A DNA stretch of 64,000 nt from Nitrospinota bacterium. Lineage in GTDB: Bacteria; Nitrospinota; Nitrospinia; Nitrospinales; VA-1. The stretch covers positions 8,719 to 72,718 of the forward strand of contig JAQCGX010000008.1 of assembly GCA_027619975.1 (NCBI GenBank), read 5' to 3'. Below the pieces are notes generated by a model. The model worked only from the letters and a program-made list of their open reading frames with translations. It did no database searches and had not been told where the DNA came from. The translations under genes and the position numbers were made by a program. Position 1 is the stretch's first letter. Every line of letters begins with the position of its first letter. Below, piece by piece: positions 1 through 10,949 of this stretch.

Positions 1-39
1 TTATTGACGGCATTCTTGGTGATTAGCTTGAGCTATCTT

Positions 40-1173
40 ATGCATCGGACGGATAAAAAATCAAAATTAATAATAATCCTGCTGGTTTTATTGGCTTTCA
101 GCCGCTGGACCGAAGCCCACGCAGAGGAACCGCCGCAATTTCGCAAGGTTTTGCCCGGTTATGAGTATCAATTTCCGCGCGACTATTTTTCTCACGACGA
201 TTTCCGCATCGAATGGTGGTATTACACCGGCAACCTTGAATCTGCCGAGGGCCAGCGCTTTGGCTACCAGGTCACTTTTTTCCGAGTCGGTCTCGAGGGG
301 ACGAAAAAAATCGTCAACCCTTCCGAATGGAAAGTGGATCAGGTCTATTTCGCGCACATGACAGTCTCCGACATCGATGGCAGGAAATTTCATTTCTATG
401 AGCGCATAAATCGCAAGGGGATGAATAACGCCGGAGCCAAATCAGATCGGTTTCTGGTGTGGAACGAAGACTGGGTGCTCACGGAGCGCAATGAGGCGCA
501 TCGCTTGCAAGCCATCGAAGCCGGGACGGGGGTGGATTTAAAACTGATGCCTGGCAAGCCGATGGTTTTTCACGGGGAGGGCGGCATCAGCAGAAAGGGT
601 GAGCGGGCCGGAAACGCCTCGCATTATTTTTCTTATCCGCGCATGCAGACGACTGGAAAAATCTTCATCGCAGGCAAAGAGGTTCAGGTCACTGGAACCA
701 GCTGGATGGATCGGGAATTCTCCAGCGACCCGCTGAACCCGAAACTGGTGGGCTGGGACTGGTTTTCACTGAAACTCGATAACGACACCGAGATCATGCT
801 GTATCAATTGCGCCAGAAGGACGGCGGGGTCGATCCATTTTCCAGCGGGACGCTGATTGCAGCCGATGGCGTTTCCCGTCATCTGCAAAAAGATAAATTC
901 TCGGTCGAAGTCACGGGAGACTGGACCAGTAAAAAAACGCAAACCACTTATCCTGCAGGTTGGATCATCACACTTGCCGATTCTAAAACGCGACTCACCG
1001 TCCAACCGGATTTAGCCGATCAAGAGCTTACCAATTTGCGTTCCATTTCAGGGTCGTACTGGGAAGGCAGTGTTTCCATCGAAGGCACGCTTGAGGGCCA
1101 GCCGGTCAAGGGCAAAGGCTACGTCGAGCTGGTGGGCTACGAAACACCGCTCAAACAGGAATTGCCAGAGTGA
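40..1173 (+). CDS. Secreted AttH/CrtC-like protein (carotenoid 1,2-hydratase / lipocalin-fold hydrolase family)
   Basis: ORF 4..1173. The internal ATG at 40 gives a signal-peptide-like N-terminus (KKSKLIIILLVLLAF..AHA). FRIEWWYYTGNL and SWMDREF motifs fit this family. Start uncertain. Confidence 0.65.
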   Translation: MHRTDKKSKLIIILLVLLAFSRWTEAHAEEPPQFRKVLPGYEYQFPRDYFSHDDFRIEWWYYTGNLESAEGQRFGYQVTFFRVGLEGTKKIVNPSEWKVDQVYFAHMTVSDIDGRKFHFYERINRKGMNNAGAKSDRFLVWNEDWVLTERNEAHRLQAIEAGTGVDLKLMPGKPMVFHGEGGISRKGERAGNASHYFSYPRMQTTGKIFIAGKEVQVTGTSWMDREFSSDPLNPKLVGWDWFSLKLDNDTEIMLYQLRQKDGGVDPFSSGTLIAADGVSRHLQKDKFSVEVTGDWTSKKTQTTYPAGWIITLADSKTRLTVQPDLADQELTNLRSISGSYWEGSVSIEGTLEGQPVKGKGYVELVGYETPLKQELPE

Positions 1174-1195
1174 TCACAAACCGCTTGGACCTCCC

Positions 1196-1262
1196 CTGAC
1201 CCCTCCTTCGCAAGGAGGGGAATTTATAACTCCTTCCCTCCAGAGGGTAGAGGAGGGGGGGC
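1196..1262. repeat. GC-rich REP-like palindromes
   Basis: Perfect hairpin CCCCTCCTT-CGC-AAGGAGGGG at 1200-1220, followed by an imperfect CTCCT..AGGAG palindrome. Same style as the clusters at 19.1 and 20.9 kb. Confidence 0.6.
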
Positions 1263-1847
1263 TGGGCAAGGACGGGTTAGCGAATGTGGCTCAACTGGGA
1301 ACCATTGAATAGGAATCGGTTTTTCTGAATCTTGACCTAAAAGATAGGATTCGGAAACAGGATTTCCATGATAGAAATGTGATTTAAACCCGAAAATATT
1401 TCTTGTTTTTTTCTTGCCAAGGAATAACATTGCATAGTGGATAGCGTCCACTCGTTTTCGTTTGGATTCTTTTTTGAGTTTTTATGTTTCCAACTTCTAA
1501 AATAGTTTTTCACGCCAAGTTAAGAAGAGGCTTTTCTTCTTCTCACCTGCATCTCAACAGGCATGTGCTCCGCATGTCAGTTACCGACAAATTAGAGCAA
1601 TCCTATTTTTCCAAAGGGTTCATGTAATTTAATTCGCACCCGTTTTTTCTCTGGTCAATTTCTTTTACGAAGAAATTAGTGTGTTCTGGTGTCTTCAAAG
1701 GTACTCGGGATTTGTTAGGTAAGGATATTGAGCCGCTCTGAAAGGAGGAAAAGCAAGACTGCCTGATTGGTGCATCCAGGCAGGGGGATTTCTCTGAGTT
1801 CAACGTATTCTAATATCATCAAAAAATTTTAAAGGAATCATGAAATT

Positions 1848-2033
1848 ATGAAAAAGTCGGTTTCTGTTTTAACAACTTTCTTGTTGGCTTTCTCGCTTTA
1901 TATTATTTCCCCCGTCAATCTGGTATTGGCAGACAAGGGCCAGGAAGACCCGAATTTTGAATTGATTCAGGATGACCAGATCCCAAGTGATGCTGAGGCT
2001 TCCGAACTCTATAAGGATGAGACTCCAGAGTAA
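1848..2033 (+). CDS. Small secreted acidic protein, unknown function
   Basis: 61-aa ORF with signal-peptide-like N-terminus (MKKSVSVLTTFLLAFSLYIISPVNLVLA) and a terminator downstream. Confidence 0.4.
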   Translation: MKKSVSVLTTFLLAFSLYIISPVNLVLADKGQEDPNFELIQDDQIPSDAEASELYKDETPE

Positions 2034-2178
2034 GCCGAGGAAAGATTAAGGCAGGAAGAAGAAGATCGCATGAACCCCCTTTCTTTGCAGGGAGGCGATA
2101 ATGATAAGGATGAGGATAAGGATGAAGGTAGTAAGAGTATGAATTGACCGTTTAAATCCATTAATTAATGGCTGAGAG

Positions 2179-2210
2179 CCAGGGGGAGTCACCGCCCCTG
2201 GTTTTCTTTT
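2179..2210 (+). terminator. Rho-independent terminator
   Basis: CCAGGGG-9 nt-CCCCTGG followed by TTTTCTTTT. Confidence 0.6.
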
Positions 2211-2212
2211 AA

Positions 2213-2983
2213 TTAAGCAATTTGTTCGGGAATGATAAGGCTGAGACAAGTGATAGCGCCATCGGCTTTCTCAAACTCGCTCATTTCCAGTTCCAGAGTT
2301 TTAAATCCGTGACTGCGGATTTGGTTCGCAACTTTAGGATATCCGGCAGGCATGAGCACGAATTCTCCCAGCCGCAGGCAATTGGTCGCGTAGCGTTCTT
2401 TTTCCTCCACCTCGATCCAGTCGAAACTTTTGAACGGGGACGCATCGACACTGGCAGGGTCGATGACCAGAAGGTTTCCGCCCAAAAAACTCACCGCACT
2501 TTTCAAATGCAATCCGCGTTTGACAGCGACCGGCAGGCAGAGTTTTCCGCATAAAGCGGCAAGAGCTGCGACGGCTTCTTTGTTGGTTCTGCTGGACTGC
2601 CCGACGAACACTGTGTCGGGGGTTACAAGAACATCGCCGCCATCTACGGTGGCAGGTGGCGCAAGATGCTGGATCGTCCGGTAATTTCTAAGCACTTCGG
2701 CAACGGAGGGTGTTTCTCCGCGCCGGGTTTCTGCTTGCATCGAACAGATGATCGCTTGGCGCTCGAAGATAACGGCAGTGTCTTCAACGAAAGGGCTGTC
2801 CGGGAAATCGGCCAGGGGTTCGAGAGCTACGACCTGCACTCCCGCCTGCTTTAAAGCTTCTGTATAGCTGAGATGTTGTTCGCAGGCGAGTTGAGTGTCG
2901 ATCTGGTGTTTTTTTGGGTGGCGGGACAGGGCATGGGTGAAATCGGGGCCGGGTTTTCTAACGAGAGCCGTGACTAAAGACAT
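2213..2983 (-). CDS. Dimethylarginine dimethylaminohydrolase-like amidinotransferase-fold enzyme
   Basis: 256-aa ORF. C-terminal ADGAITCLSL places a Cys where DDAH/arginine deiminase-fold enzymes have the catalytic Cys. Overall length and FVEDTAV segment fit. Confidence 0.7.
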   Translation of the reverse strand: MSLVTALVRKPGPDFTHALSRHPKKHQIDTQLACEQHLSYTEALKQAGVQVVALEPLADFPDSPFVEDTAVIFERQAIICSMQAETRRGETPSVAEVLRNYRTIQHLAPPATVDGGDVLVTPDTVFVGQSSRTNKEAVAALAALCGKLCLPVAVKRGLHLKSAVSFLGGNLLVIDPASVDASPFKSFDWIEVEEKERYATNCLRLGEFVLMPAGYPKVANQIRSHGFKTLELEMSEFEKADGAITCLSLIIPEQIA

Positions 2984-3064
2984 AGAGAGAACTTAGAATT
3001 CAGTGACTAGCATTGTTCGCATCCTTTTTTTGGCTCCTGAATTCTACACTCTATGTTTTCATTT

Positions 3065-3538
3065 TCAATCAATGGTTTTAGTGCCCATGAGCCGGGAAAA
3101 ATACAGCATGGGGACGCTTTTTTTCGCATTTCTAAGAATTTTCATCGTGGCTTTATCGGGTTTGAGACTGTGGTTGATTTTTTCAGGGCGGGCAATGTAA
3201 AGAAAACCGTTCACCATGGCAAAATCGTGTTTGTTGAAGCGCATGACTTTGCGTTGGTATTCCTGAGGCGCCTGATGAATTTCATCCAACCGTGGAAGAT
3301 ACTTGTCATCCATTTCGTACATGATCCCGATAGCCATTCCCGCATTGTCCGGGGTAGGCTCTATATTGGATAAACCCAATCCTTCAGGAGCGTTTTCATC
3401 ACTGGGGATTTTATTAAACACGACCCTCTGCCCTGAAAGGGTGACGGATAACTTGTCAACATAGTCCAATCCCTGCTTCCTGAAGTAATCTTCGTTCATC
3501 AATTCCGCGTAAGCGAAAAAATTTATTATATCTGTCAT
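3065..3538 (-). CDS. Gamma-glutamylcyclotransferase (AIG2/GGACT)-like protein
   Basis: 157-aa ORF. The N-terminal FFAYAELM resembles the YGTLM start of the fold. Weak recognition only. Confidence 0.4.
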   Translation of the reverse strand: MTDIINFFAYAELMNEDYFRKQGLDYVDKLSVTLSGQRVVFNKIPSDENAPEGLGLSNIEPTPDNAGMAIGIMYEMDDKYLPRLDEIHQAPQEYQRKVMRFNKHDFAMVNGFLYIARPEKINHSLKPDKATMKILRNAKKSVPMLYFSRLMGTKTID

Positions 3539-3823
3539 TTAGTGCTCCATCCCGTGATCTTCTTCATTAGCGTTATTTTCGAGCCCTGCGTCAAACTTTA
3601 ACCCTGGGTATTATAGTTGATGATATAGAATGCCCTATGTTATAATTCACCTCGTTTCCCACTTCAATATTTCAGTTGGATCCGATTCAGAATTGTATAG
3701 CAATTGCTGGAAGAATTGTCTTTGAAAGTTGTATTTCCCTATTTCAGCCTTAAATTTGCTGACTTTGGTCAGCAACGGGTTGAAAGCGGTCTGATTTTTT
3801 TTAAATAAATGGAGGAGATTTAT

Positions 3824-4159
3824 ATGTCATCCGGAAAAGTCGTGGCCGTATCTGACGCTGAATTTGAAACGTCAGTGATTCAGAATGGCAAACCCGTCAT
3901 TGTGGATTTCTGGGCCGAATGGTGCCAGCCTTGCAAAATGCTCGCTCCCACGGTGGAAGAAATTGCCAATGAGTATGAAGATCAGATTCTGGTGACTAAA
4001 TTAAACGTCGATGACAACCCTGCCACGGCCACCAAATACGGAATTCGCGGTATTCCTACGTTGTTGTTTTTTAAAGACGGTCAGGTAGCTCAGCAAATTG
4101 TAGGCGTTAAGACCAAAGCAGAGATCAAAAAAATCATCGAAGAAAACCTGTTGTCCTGA
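3824..4159 (+). CDS. trxA: Thioredoxin
   Basis: WCQPCK active site and thioredoxin length. GGAGGAG at 3811-3817 sits 6 nt before the ATG at 3824, so the track start at 3809 is probably too early. Confidence 0.9.
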   Translation: MSSGKVVAVSDAEFETSVIQNGKPVIVDFWAEWCQPCKMLAPTVEEIANEYEDQILVTKLNVDDNPATATKYGIRGIPTLLFFKDGQVAQQIVGVKTKAEIKKIIEENLLS

Positions 4160-4248
4160 ACTTCCTGCTCAATCTTAAAGGCTCGTACGGATGGTTCTCT
4201 CCGGCGGGCCTGGTGTTTCCTTCCTGAAGCCCCGGTTTTCTGGAAAAT

Positions 4249-5241
4249 CTATGCCGATTCGTAAACCGGACGCAGACCCAGGCTTTCTATCATCTCAATA
4301 TCTTTTTTGGGGTCCTGGCCCTTGGTGGTGAGATAGTTTCCTCCCAGAATTCCGTTGGCGCCCGCCGCAAAAAGTGTTTCCTGTCGATCGGTGAATATTT
4401 CTTCGCGTCCGCCGCAGACAAACAAATCCATTTTAGGAAGGATCAGCCTCAAGAGAGCGATGGTTGCGAGTGCTTCGTAATGGTCCATGACCTGTAAATG
4501 GTCCAGCCCGGTTCCCTCGATCGGCTTGAGAAAGTTGATCGGAAACGATTGTGTACCCAGCGCTTTGATATCGAAAGCAAGCTCGACTCGTTGGGCGTGG
4601 GTTTCCCCCATTCCAAAAATACCGCCAACACAAACTTGCAATCCCGCTTCCTTGGCGTTTTCTACGGCGCGGATTTCATCTTCATAGCTATGCGTGGTGA
4701 CGATTTTATCGAAATGGCTGGCGGCGGTTTCCAGGTTGTGATGACAACGGTCCAGCCCGGCGGCCTTCAATTCCTTTAAATGCTCGAGACCCATCAGCCC
4801 GATGGAACAGCAGGTTTCCAGGTTGGTCTCGGCTTTGATCCGCTTGACGGCTTCGATGATTTTATCGAGTTCCTGCCGGTCATCCATTGCGGTGCCTGAC
4901 GTGACAATGGAAAACTCGTTGGAACCGAACGCCTCTGCTTCCTTTGCGGCGGCGACGATTTCATCGACGCTCATCAATTCATACTCAGGGGAATCGGTTT
5001 CAAAACTACTGGATTGTGCGCAAAAGGAGCAATCTTCCACACATTTTCCTGATTTGGCATTGACGATGGAGCAGATTTTTACATCCTGACCCTTAAAGGC
5101 TTCGCGGATTTTGTTGGTACCTTCAAACAGGGTATCCAGTTCTTCGTGAGTCAAGGTTCCCATTTCCAAGGCATCGGCACGGGAGATGCCCTCCCCACTC
5201 AGGGCGTTGTCGATCAGTCGGTCGATAAAGTCTATTCTCAT
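4249..5241 (-). CDS. bioB: Biotin synthase (radical SAM)
   Basis: 330 aa with CVEDCSFCAQ (CxxxCxxC). Collinear with BioB. Confidence 0.9.
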   Translation of the reverse strand: MRIDFIDRLIDNALSGEGISRADALEMGTLTHEELDTLFEGTNKIREAFKGQDVKICSIVNAKSGKCVEDCSFCAQSSSFETDSPEYELMSVDEIVAAAKEAEAFGSNEFSIVTSGTAMDDRQELDKIIEAVKRIKAETNLETCCSIGLMGLEHLKELKAAGLDRCHHNLETAASHFDKIVTTHSYEDEIRAVENAKEAGLQVCVGGIFGMGETHAQRVELAFDIKALGTQSFPINFLKPIEGTGLDHLQVMDHYEALATIALLRLILPKMDLFVCGGREEIFTDRQETLFAAGANGILGGNYLTTKGQDPKKDIEMIESLGLRPVYESA

Positions 5242-5472
5242 GGTTGCAAATCATCCATGTTGCTTTGAGTTGTTTGGTCCCAAAGGTTTGGGAAATTTAG
5301 AGATGGAGAATATTACCACAACTTCTGTTTCCACCAGTGGATTTTATACCCCGCAACGCGGGGAGGAAACGTGGGGCTGACGTTTGCTTCGCTCACGAGC
5401 CCCGAAGACAATGCCAGGATGAAAATTCAGCACTATTCAATATTGGGTCCAGCGTCACGCTGGCCACAACTT

Positions 5473-7554
5473 CTATTCGTAAGCTAACAGTTTGATCAAT
5501 TCCGTGACCGATGTGACGGGAGCCAGACAGGTTCCCTGTCGGCAGACATAGGCTGTGGCCTTGCCGTCCACCAGCTTGCGCCCTGCAAGCAGAGGAATAT
5601 TTACAGCCGTTTTGTCGACATCATCTGCATAAGAAAAGGCGAACACCGCGTTGGGAAAAAATCCGCCACGAATAACTTTCAGCATCTCCTCGGTGGACGG
5701 ATGGTTGCGGGGGCCGACGATGGCGACTTCTTTCAACCCTCCCAAATAGAGGTGCAAGGCCTGCATCATGAAAGCCGAGTTCAAGCCGTATTCCATGACA
5801 TCCTCATGAAAGGACGTGAATATTTTTTCGGCGTTGGCGGCAAGCGTTGGGTCGGCCAATAAAGCGGATAATTTCAAAAAGGCCAGTGCGGCGTTGCTGT
5901 TGCCGGAAGGCTCGACCCCGTCATAACCGGAGATTTGCCGGACGATCAGATTTTCTGCATCGCTCGCGGTTTCGTAATACGCGCCTTCCGAGGCAAATTT
6001 TTCCTCCACCTGTTGCATCAGGTCGCGGGCATGGCGGATGTAGTCGCCGTTATAAGTGGCCTCATAAAGGTCGAGACAGGCGACGGCGATCGAGGTGTAG
6101 TCGAACAGATAACCGTCGTACCGTCCTTCGCCATCCCGGTAGCGGCGCAACAACTTACCATCCGGTTGCCGTAATTCGGTGAGGATGAAGCGCATGGCTT
6201 TTTCCGCTTTTTCGATGCGCGAAGCATCGTCCAGAATGCGTCCGGTTTTGGCCATCGCCGAGATCATCAGTCCATTCCAGGAAGTGAGGACTTTGTCATC
6301 CAGCAGGGGGCGGATGCGTTTGCCGCGAACCCCTAGCAACTGTTCGCGCGCCTTATCCAGTTCCTCCCGGACAGTCGATTCTTCGATGCGTAGTTCCTTG
6401 GCCAGTTCGGGGATGGTTTGTTTAACATTGAGGATATTCTTGCCTTCGAAGTTGCCTCTGGCGGTCACGTCATAGTAGGGGGTGGCGATGCTGGCGGTTT
6501 TACGGCCCAGAAGTTTTTCGACTTCCTCCAGGCTCCAGACGTAAAATTTTCCCTCCACCCCTTCGCTGTCTGCATCTTCGGCGCTGAAGAAAGCGCCCTC
6601 GGCAGACGTCATGTCGCGGTCGATGTATTGCAGGACATCGTTGGCGTAATCTGCGAAATCCTGTTTTCCGGTCACCTGATAGGTTTCGATCAACGCGTTG
6701 ACAAACAGGGCGTTGTCGTAGAGCATTTTTTCAAAATGCGGCACCAGCCATTTGTAGTCGGTACTGTAGCGGGACAGGCCACCGCCGATCTGGTCGTAGA
6801 TGCCGCCGTTTTTCATGGCCCGCAAAGTGTTTTCTGTCATCGTCAGGCTGTGTGCCTCGCCGGTTCGGTGATAATGACGCAACAGCAGGGAGAGCCCCAT
6901 CGACGCTGGGAACTTGTTTTGTTGTTGAAAAGCAAAGCCGTGGTTCAGCGTATCGTAATGGCGACCAAAGAGTTCCGCCGCTTTGTCCTCGCCGTCGAAA
7001 TCCAGCGTATCGAGCGATCCCGTTTTGGTTTCCTTGGCGGAGGAATTGCGAATGGCCTGAATCAAGGCCGCGCCCTGCTTTTCCACCTTTTCATATTCGT
7101 TTTGCCAGGTATTGGTGAGAAAACGCAGGACATCCTCGAAAGAGGGCAGGTTGAATTTGCCCTCCGGCGGGAAATAGGTGCCTCCGTAAAAAGGAATGCC
7201 GTCCGGCGTGACAAATACGTTCAGCGGCCAGCCGCCCTGTTGCCCCAGGTTTTGCACCGCCTGCATGTAAATGCTGTCGATGTCCGGGCGTTCTTCGCGA
7301 TCCACCTTGATGCTGATGAAATGGCTGTTCAGTACCTGGGCCAGGTCCGGGTCTTCAAACGATTCCCGTTCCATGACGTGGCACCAGTGGCAGGTGGCGT
7401 AGCCGATTGAGACCAGCACCGGGATATTTTTTTCCCTGGCGATTTTAAAAGGCTCTTCCCCCCAGGCGTACCAGTTCACCGGGTTGTGCGCGTGCTGGAG
7501 GAGGTAGGGACTCTTTTCGTGTACGAGTTGATTGGTGTAAGTAGGCTCGTTCAT
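5473..7554 (-). CDS. Thioredoxin-domain protein, YyaL/DUF255 family, with (alpha/alpha)6 epimerase-like C-terminal region
   Basis: 693 aa. N-terminal [21 protein letters not shown] motif is typical of DUF255/SSP411-like proteins. Confidence 0.8.
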   Translation of the reverse strand: MNEPTYTNQLVHEKSPYLLQHAHNPVNWYAWGEEPFKIAREKNIPVLVSIGYATCHWCHVMERESFEDPDLAQVLNSHFISIKVDREERPDIDSIYMQAVQNLGQQGGWPLNVFVTPDGIPFYGGTYFPPEGKFNLPSFEDVLRFLTNTWQNEYEKVEKQGAALIQAIRNSSAKETKTGSLDTLDFDGEDKAAELFGRHYDTLNHGFAFQQQNKFPASMGLSLLLRHYHRTGEAHSLTMTENTLRAMKNGGIYDQIGGGLSRYSTDYKWLVPHFEKMLYDNALFVNALIETYQVTGKQDFADYANDVLQYIDRDMTSAEGAFFSAEDADSEGVEGKFYVWSLEEVEKLLGRKTASIATPYYDVTARGNFEGKNILNVKQTIPELAKELRIEESTVREELDKAREQLLGVRGKRIRPLLDDKVLTSWNGLMISAMAKTGRILDDASRIEKAEKAMRFILTELRQPDGKLLRRYRDGEGRYDGYLFDYTSIAVACLDLYEATYNGDYIRHARDLMQQVEEKFASEGAYYETASDAENLIVRQISGYDGVEPSGNSNAALAFLKLSALLADPTLAANAEKIFTSFHEDVMEYGLNSAFMMQALHLYLGGLKEVAIVGPRNHPSTEEMLKVIRGGFFPNAVFAFSYADDVDKTAVNIPLLAGRKLVDGKATAYVCRQGTCLAPVTSVTELIKLLAYE

Positions 7555-7560
7555 TAGGAA

Positions 7561-8832
7561 TTATTTTAAGGTTGCAAAGCGGTCGAAAAAATCGGGGAAT
7601 GATTTTTCCACGCATTTTGGGTTTTTGATTTTGACGCCGGGAATTTTCAAACCGGCAACGGCAAAGCTCATGGCCATGCGGTGATCTTCGTAAGTTTCGA
7701 TCTCCGCTCCGAAATATTTTTCACTGGGCCGGATGGCTAGAAAATCATTGCCGCTCGTTACCGAGGCGCCTAACCGGGAAAGTTCCGTTTCCAGAGCCTG
7801 AATGCGGTCGGTTTCCTTGATTTTCAGATTGGCAATTCCGTTGATGACCGTTTCCCCCTCGGCAAACAGAGCGGTCACCGCCAGAGTCTGCACCGCATCC
7901 GGCATGCTGTTCATATTGATGGTGATTGCCTTTAAAGGGTTTCCTTTTAAACGGATATTTTTTGTGGATTTCTCGACATTACACCCCATTTGTTGCAGGA
8001 CATCGAGGAACCCGGCGTCGCCCTGAATGCTGTCCGGGTTCAGCCCTGTGAGGGTGACCTCGCCTCCCGTAACCGCCGCCGCCGCAAGGAAATACGAGGC
8101 ACTCGACCAGTCGGCCTCGACCTGATAATCCTGCGCCCGATAACACTGACCGGACGTGACATGAAAGCGTTGGTAGTTCTCATTTTCTACATGAACGCCG
8201 AAGGACCTCATGATGTCGAGAGTGATGTCGGCGTAAGATTTGGACGTGAGATCTCCGAGGATCTCGATGGTGGTGTCATTCTTGAAATAAGGGGCGGAAA
8301 GCAGGATCGAGGTCAGGTATTGACTGCTCTTGTCCCCCGCCAGTTGAATTTCTCCCCCCGGCACATTGCCACCGTGGATTTCAAGGGGGGGACATAGATT
8401 GCCTTTTACCGACACCGCCCGAATCTTCATTTGCTCCAGACAGGAAAGCAGATCACCGATGGGCCGTTGTTGCATGCGCTTATCGCCCGTCAGATGCACA
8501 GTTCCCTGGGCCAGAGTGGAAAAAGTCGTCAGAAAGCGCATGGTGGTTCCGGCATTGCCGACAAAAATTTCTTTCTTGGGAGACCTGATTTTTCCGCCGG
8601 TGCCGGAGATGATAAAAGCGTTCTCTTCTTTTTGCACCGGAATGCCGAACTCAATCAGAGCCTGGCTCATATAATGCGTGTCGTCGCTGAACAGGGGGTG
8701 CTCCAGCCGGCTTTTGCCATCTGCCAAAGCGGCGATCAAGAGAGCCCGGTTGGTGTAACTTTTGGATGCGGGAATTTCAACGGTGACAGAAATTCGGCCT
8801 ACAGGTCGGATTTCGATAGTGGAATCGTCCAT
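7561..8832 (-). CDS. aroA: 3-phosphoshikimate 1-carboxyvinyltransferase (EPSP synthase)
   Basis: 423 aa with PASKSYTNRAL, GNAGTTMRFL and DHRMAMSFAVAGL motifs. Confidence 0.9.
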   Translation of the reverse strand: MDDSTIEIRPVGRISVTVEIPASKSYTNRALLIAALADGKSRLEHPLFSDDTHYMSQALIEFGIPVQKEENAFIISGTGGKIRSPKKEIFVGNAGTTMRFLTTFSTLAQGTVHLTGDKRMQQRPIGDLLSCLEQMKIRAVSVKGNLCPPLEIHGGNVPGGEIQLAGDKSSQYLTSILLSAPYFKNDTTIEILGDLTSKSYADITLDIMRSFGVHVENENYQRFHVTSGQCYRAQDYQVEADWSSASYFLAAAAVTGGEVTLTGLNPDSIQGDAGFLDVLQQMGCNVEKSTKNIRLKGNPLKAITINMNSMPDAVQTLAVTALFAEGETVINGIANLKIKETDRIQALETELSRLGASVTSGNDFLAIRPSEKYFGAEIETYEDHRMAMSFAVAGLKIPGVKIKNPKCVEKSFPDFFDRFATLK

Positions 8833-8973
8833 TATGCGTTTAGTTATAATAGGTTAATTGTTAGGTAAACGGGATAATATAACACATGAGGCAAGGGAGA
8901 CTTTAATAATATCCAGAAGTTTTATATACTGATTGACTATTCTGAAAGAACGTTTTTTAAGGAGGTAGGTCAT

Positions 8974-9624
8974 ATGGCCGATCAATGGATGATTCGTGGT
9001 TCTCAATTTGCGAACTGCAACTGCGACTTTGGATGCCCCTGCCAGTTTTATTCGAAAACGACCCATGGGTTTTGCGAGGCCAGCAACAGTGTGATGATTG
9101 AAGAAGGGTATTTTAATGATATTTCTTTGGACGGGCTGTGTTTTGTACTGCTGGTAAAATGGCCGGGCGAGGTCTCTGAAGGCAACGGACGCCAACAGGT
9201 AATTATTGACGAACGCGCTAACCCCGAACAACGCGAAGCCATTCGAAAAATTGCTCATGGCGAATCGACCAAACCTGGGTCCACGCATTTTTTTATTTTC
9301 AACAGCACCATGTCCGAAGTGCATGAAACGCTCTACGCGCCCATAGAAATGAGTATCGATGTCGATGCGCGTCGCGCCCATACAAAAATCGAAGGCCTGG
9401 TTGAATCAAAAGGATCGCCGTTAATAAACCGCTTTAATGGTGAGGAAATGAAAAAAGGAATTCACCTGCCCCGGGGTTTTGAATACACCTATGCGGAGGT
9501 CGGGTCTGGCAGTTCCAAAGTAACCTCTCAGATTGAACTGGACCTGAATGAAAGTCACGGCCATTTCAACATTCTGCATATGAATCAGGATGGTGTGATC
9601 CATCGCCAATTAACCGGCACATGA
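8974..9624 (+). CDS. DUF1326-family protein (Cys-rich N-terminus)
   Basis: 216 aa. The N-terminal FANCNCDFGCPCQF motif is characteristic of DUF1326. Paired with the DUF2182 gene 4 nt downstream. Confidence 0.7.
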   Translation: MADQWMIRGSQFANCNCDFGCPCQFYSKTTHGFCEASNSVMIEEGYFNDISLDGLCFVLLVKWPGEVSEGNGRQQVIIDERANPEQREAIRKIAHGESTKPGSTHFFIFNSTMSEVHETLYAPIEMSIDVDARRAHTKIEGLVESKGSPLINRFNGEEMKKGIHLPRGFEYTYAEVGSGSSKVTSQIELDLNESHGHFNILHMNQDGVIHRQLTGT

Positions 9625-9628
9625 TCTG

Positions 9629-10402
9629 ATGCCACCTGCCCGGCAATTGCCGCGACGTGATTTCTGGGCCATCGTCCTTTCCCTTGGCGGTGTCACCCTG
9701 CTCGCCTGGCTCTACTTGTTGTCCCTTAACGCAAACATGTCCCTATCTATGGATGGTGGCATGGCCGCCATGCAAATGCAGGCCTGGGACTTGCGTTATT
9801 TCCTGATGATGTTCCTGATGTGGGCCATCATGATGATCGGCATGATGTTGCCTTCCGTCACTCCCACGGTTTTGATCTATGCATCAGTAGCTCGGAAAGC
9901 AGCTACGCAGGGAACGCCCGTGGCTCCCACTGGCGCATTTGTATCAGGATATGTCGCCATGTGGGTTATCTTCAGCCTGTTTGCGGTCTTCGCGCAATGG
10001 GGGTTGGAGAAAGCCGTGCTGTTATCCCCCATGATGGTTTCCAATAGCGTGGGTTTAGGCGCCGGGCTCTTGATCGCCGCAGGTATTTATCAATGGCTTC
10101 CCATTAAAGATAAATGCCTCACCCAATGCCGTTCTCCCGTGGACTTTATTTGCAACCATTGGCGCGACGGAACCACAGGGGCCTTTCGAATGGGGCTTTC
10201 CCATGGCGCGTATTGTCTCGGCTGCTGTTGGGTGTTGATGGGCTTGCTGTTCGTTGGTGGCGTGATGAACCTTTTGTGGATTGCTGGCATAACAGTATTC
10301 GTTCTGCTGGAAAAAATTCTGCCTTTGGGCGGAAGGGGTGGGCGCATTTCGGGGCTTCTGATGATCCTCACTGGTGCTGCTCTCGCGTTTATGGGCGGGT
10401 GA
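9629..10402 (+). CDS. DUF2182-family predicted metal-binding membrane protein
   Basis: 257 aa, multi-TM, with Met-rich helices (MQMQAWDLRYFLMMFLMWAIMMIGMMLP). Usual partner of DUF1326. Confidence 0.7.
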   Translation: MPPARQLPRRDFWAIVLSLGGVTLLAWLYLLSLNANMSLSMDGGMAAMQMQAWDLRYFLMMFLMWAIMMIGMMLPSVTPTVLIYASVARKAATQGTPVAPTGAFVSGYVAMWVIFSLFAVFAQWGLEKAVLLSPMMVSNSVGLGAGLLIAAGIYQWLPIKDKCLTQCRSPVDFICNHWRDGTTGAFRMGLSHGAYCLGCCWVLMGLLFVGGVMNLLWIAGITVFVLLEKILPLGGRGGRISGLLMILTGAALAFMGG

Positions 10403-10521
10403 AGCCCGGTATTTTCCCATATTGCCACAACTCTTGTTTCCGTTCTTATATTTTGATACGATGCCTCCTTGCCGATATTTTTATATGTTGATGAATTAAA
10501 AGGCCCAGCGGAGAAGGGATC

Positions 10522-10812
10522 ATGAGTGATAAAAAAGGCTCTTTGTGGTACCGGTTGTGGGATCACAGGACCGAAAAGGACAAAAAATGGATCAAGTCGT
10601 TCATTCCGGTGGTCATGTACACCCTTGCTTTTATGTATGGGGTGATCTATTTGTCCATTCTCAACACGGTGAACCGGTACAATCCGGGGCCGGCGGTCAA
10701 GTCCTGGTTCGGCGGCGACTCGAATGAGGTCATTGAAGCCAAGAACAAGCTAAAGGCCGACATCGAGGAAAGTTACAAGGGCTTGCGCAAACGGGTTGCC
10801 GGAGGTAGATAA
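10522..10812 (+). CDS. Small single-TM protein, unknown function
   Basis: 96-aa ORF with GGAGAAGGG upstream and one hydrophobic helix. Confidence 0.45.
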   Translation: MSDKKGSLWYRLWDHRTEKDKKWIKSFIPVVMYTLAFMYGVIYLSILNTVNRYNPGPAVKSWFGGDSNEVIEAKNKLKADIEESYKGLRKRVAGGR

Positions 10813-10949
10813 CCCCGCTACCCGGGGAGCGGGCCACGCCCGCAGGAAAAGTTACCGCGCGATGGGTTTTCGAGCGGGCGGTGCGTTATCTTTGAATATG
10901 AATTTTTACCGGGAGGCACTCCCTGAAAAAACTGATCTATATTTTTAAC

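Noticed and set aside
1848-2147. Possible read-through of the TAA at 2031: the frame stays open for 37 more acidic codons
   Set aside because: The extension is short and could be chance. Other genes in the window terminate normally at TAA, TAG and TGA, so there is no support for recoding.
6418-7410. 330-aa plus-strand ORF
   Set aside because: It lies entirely antisense to the well-supported YyaL-like gene. The sequence is Arg/Val/Gly-rich with no motifs, typical of a shadow ORF in GC-rich coding DNA.
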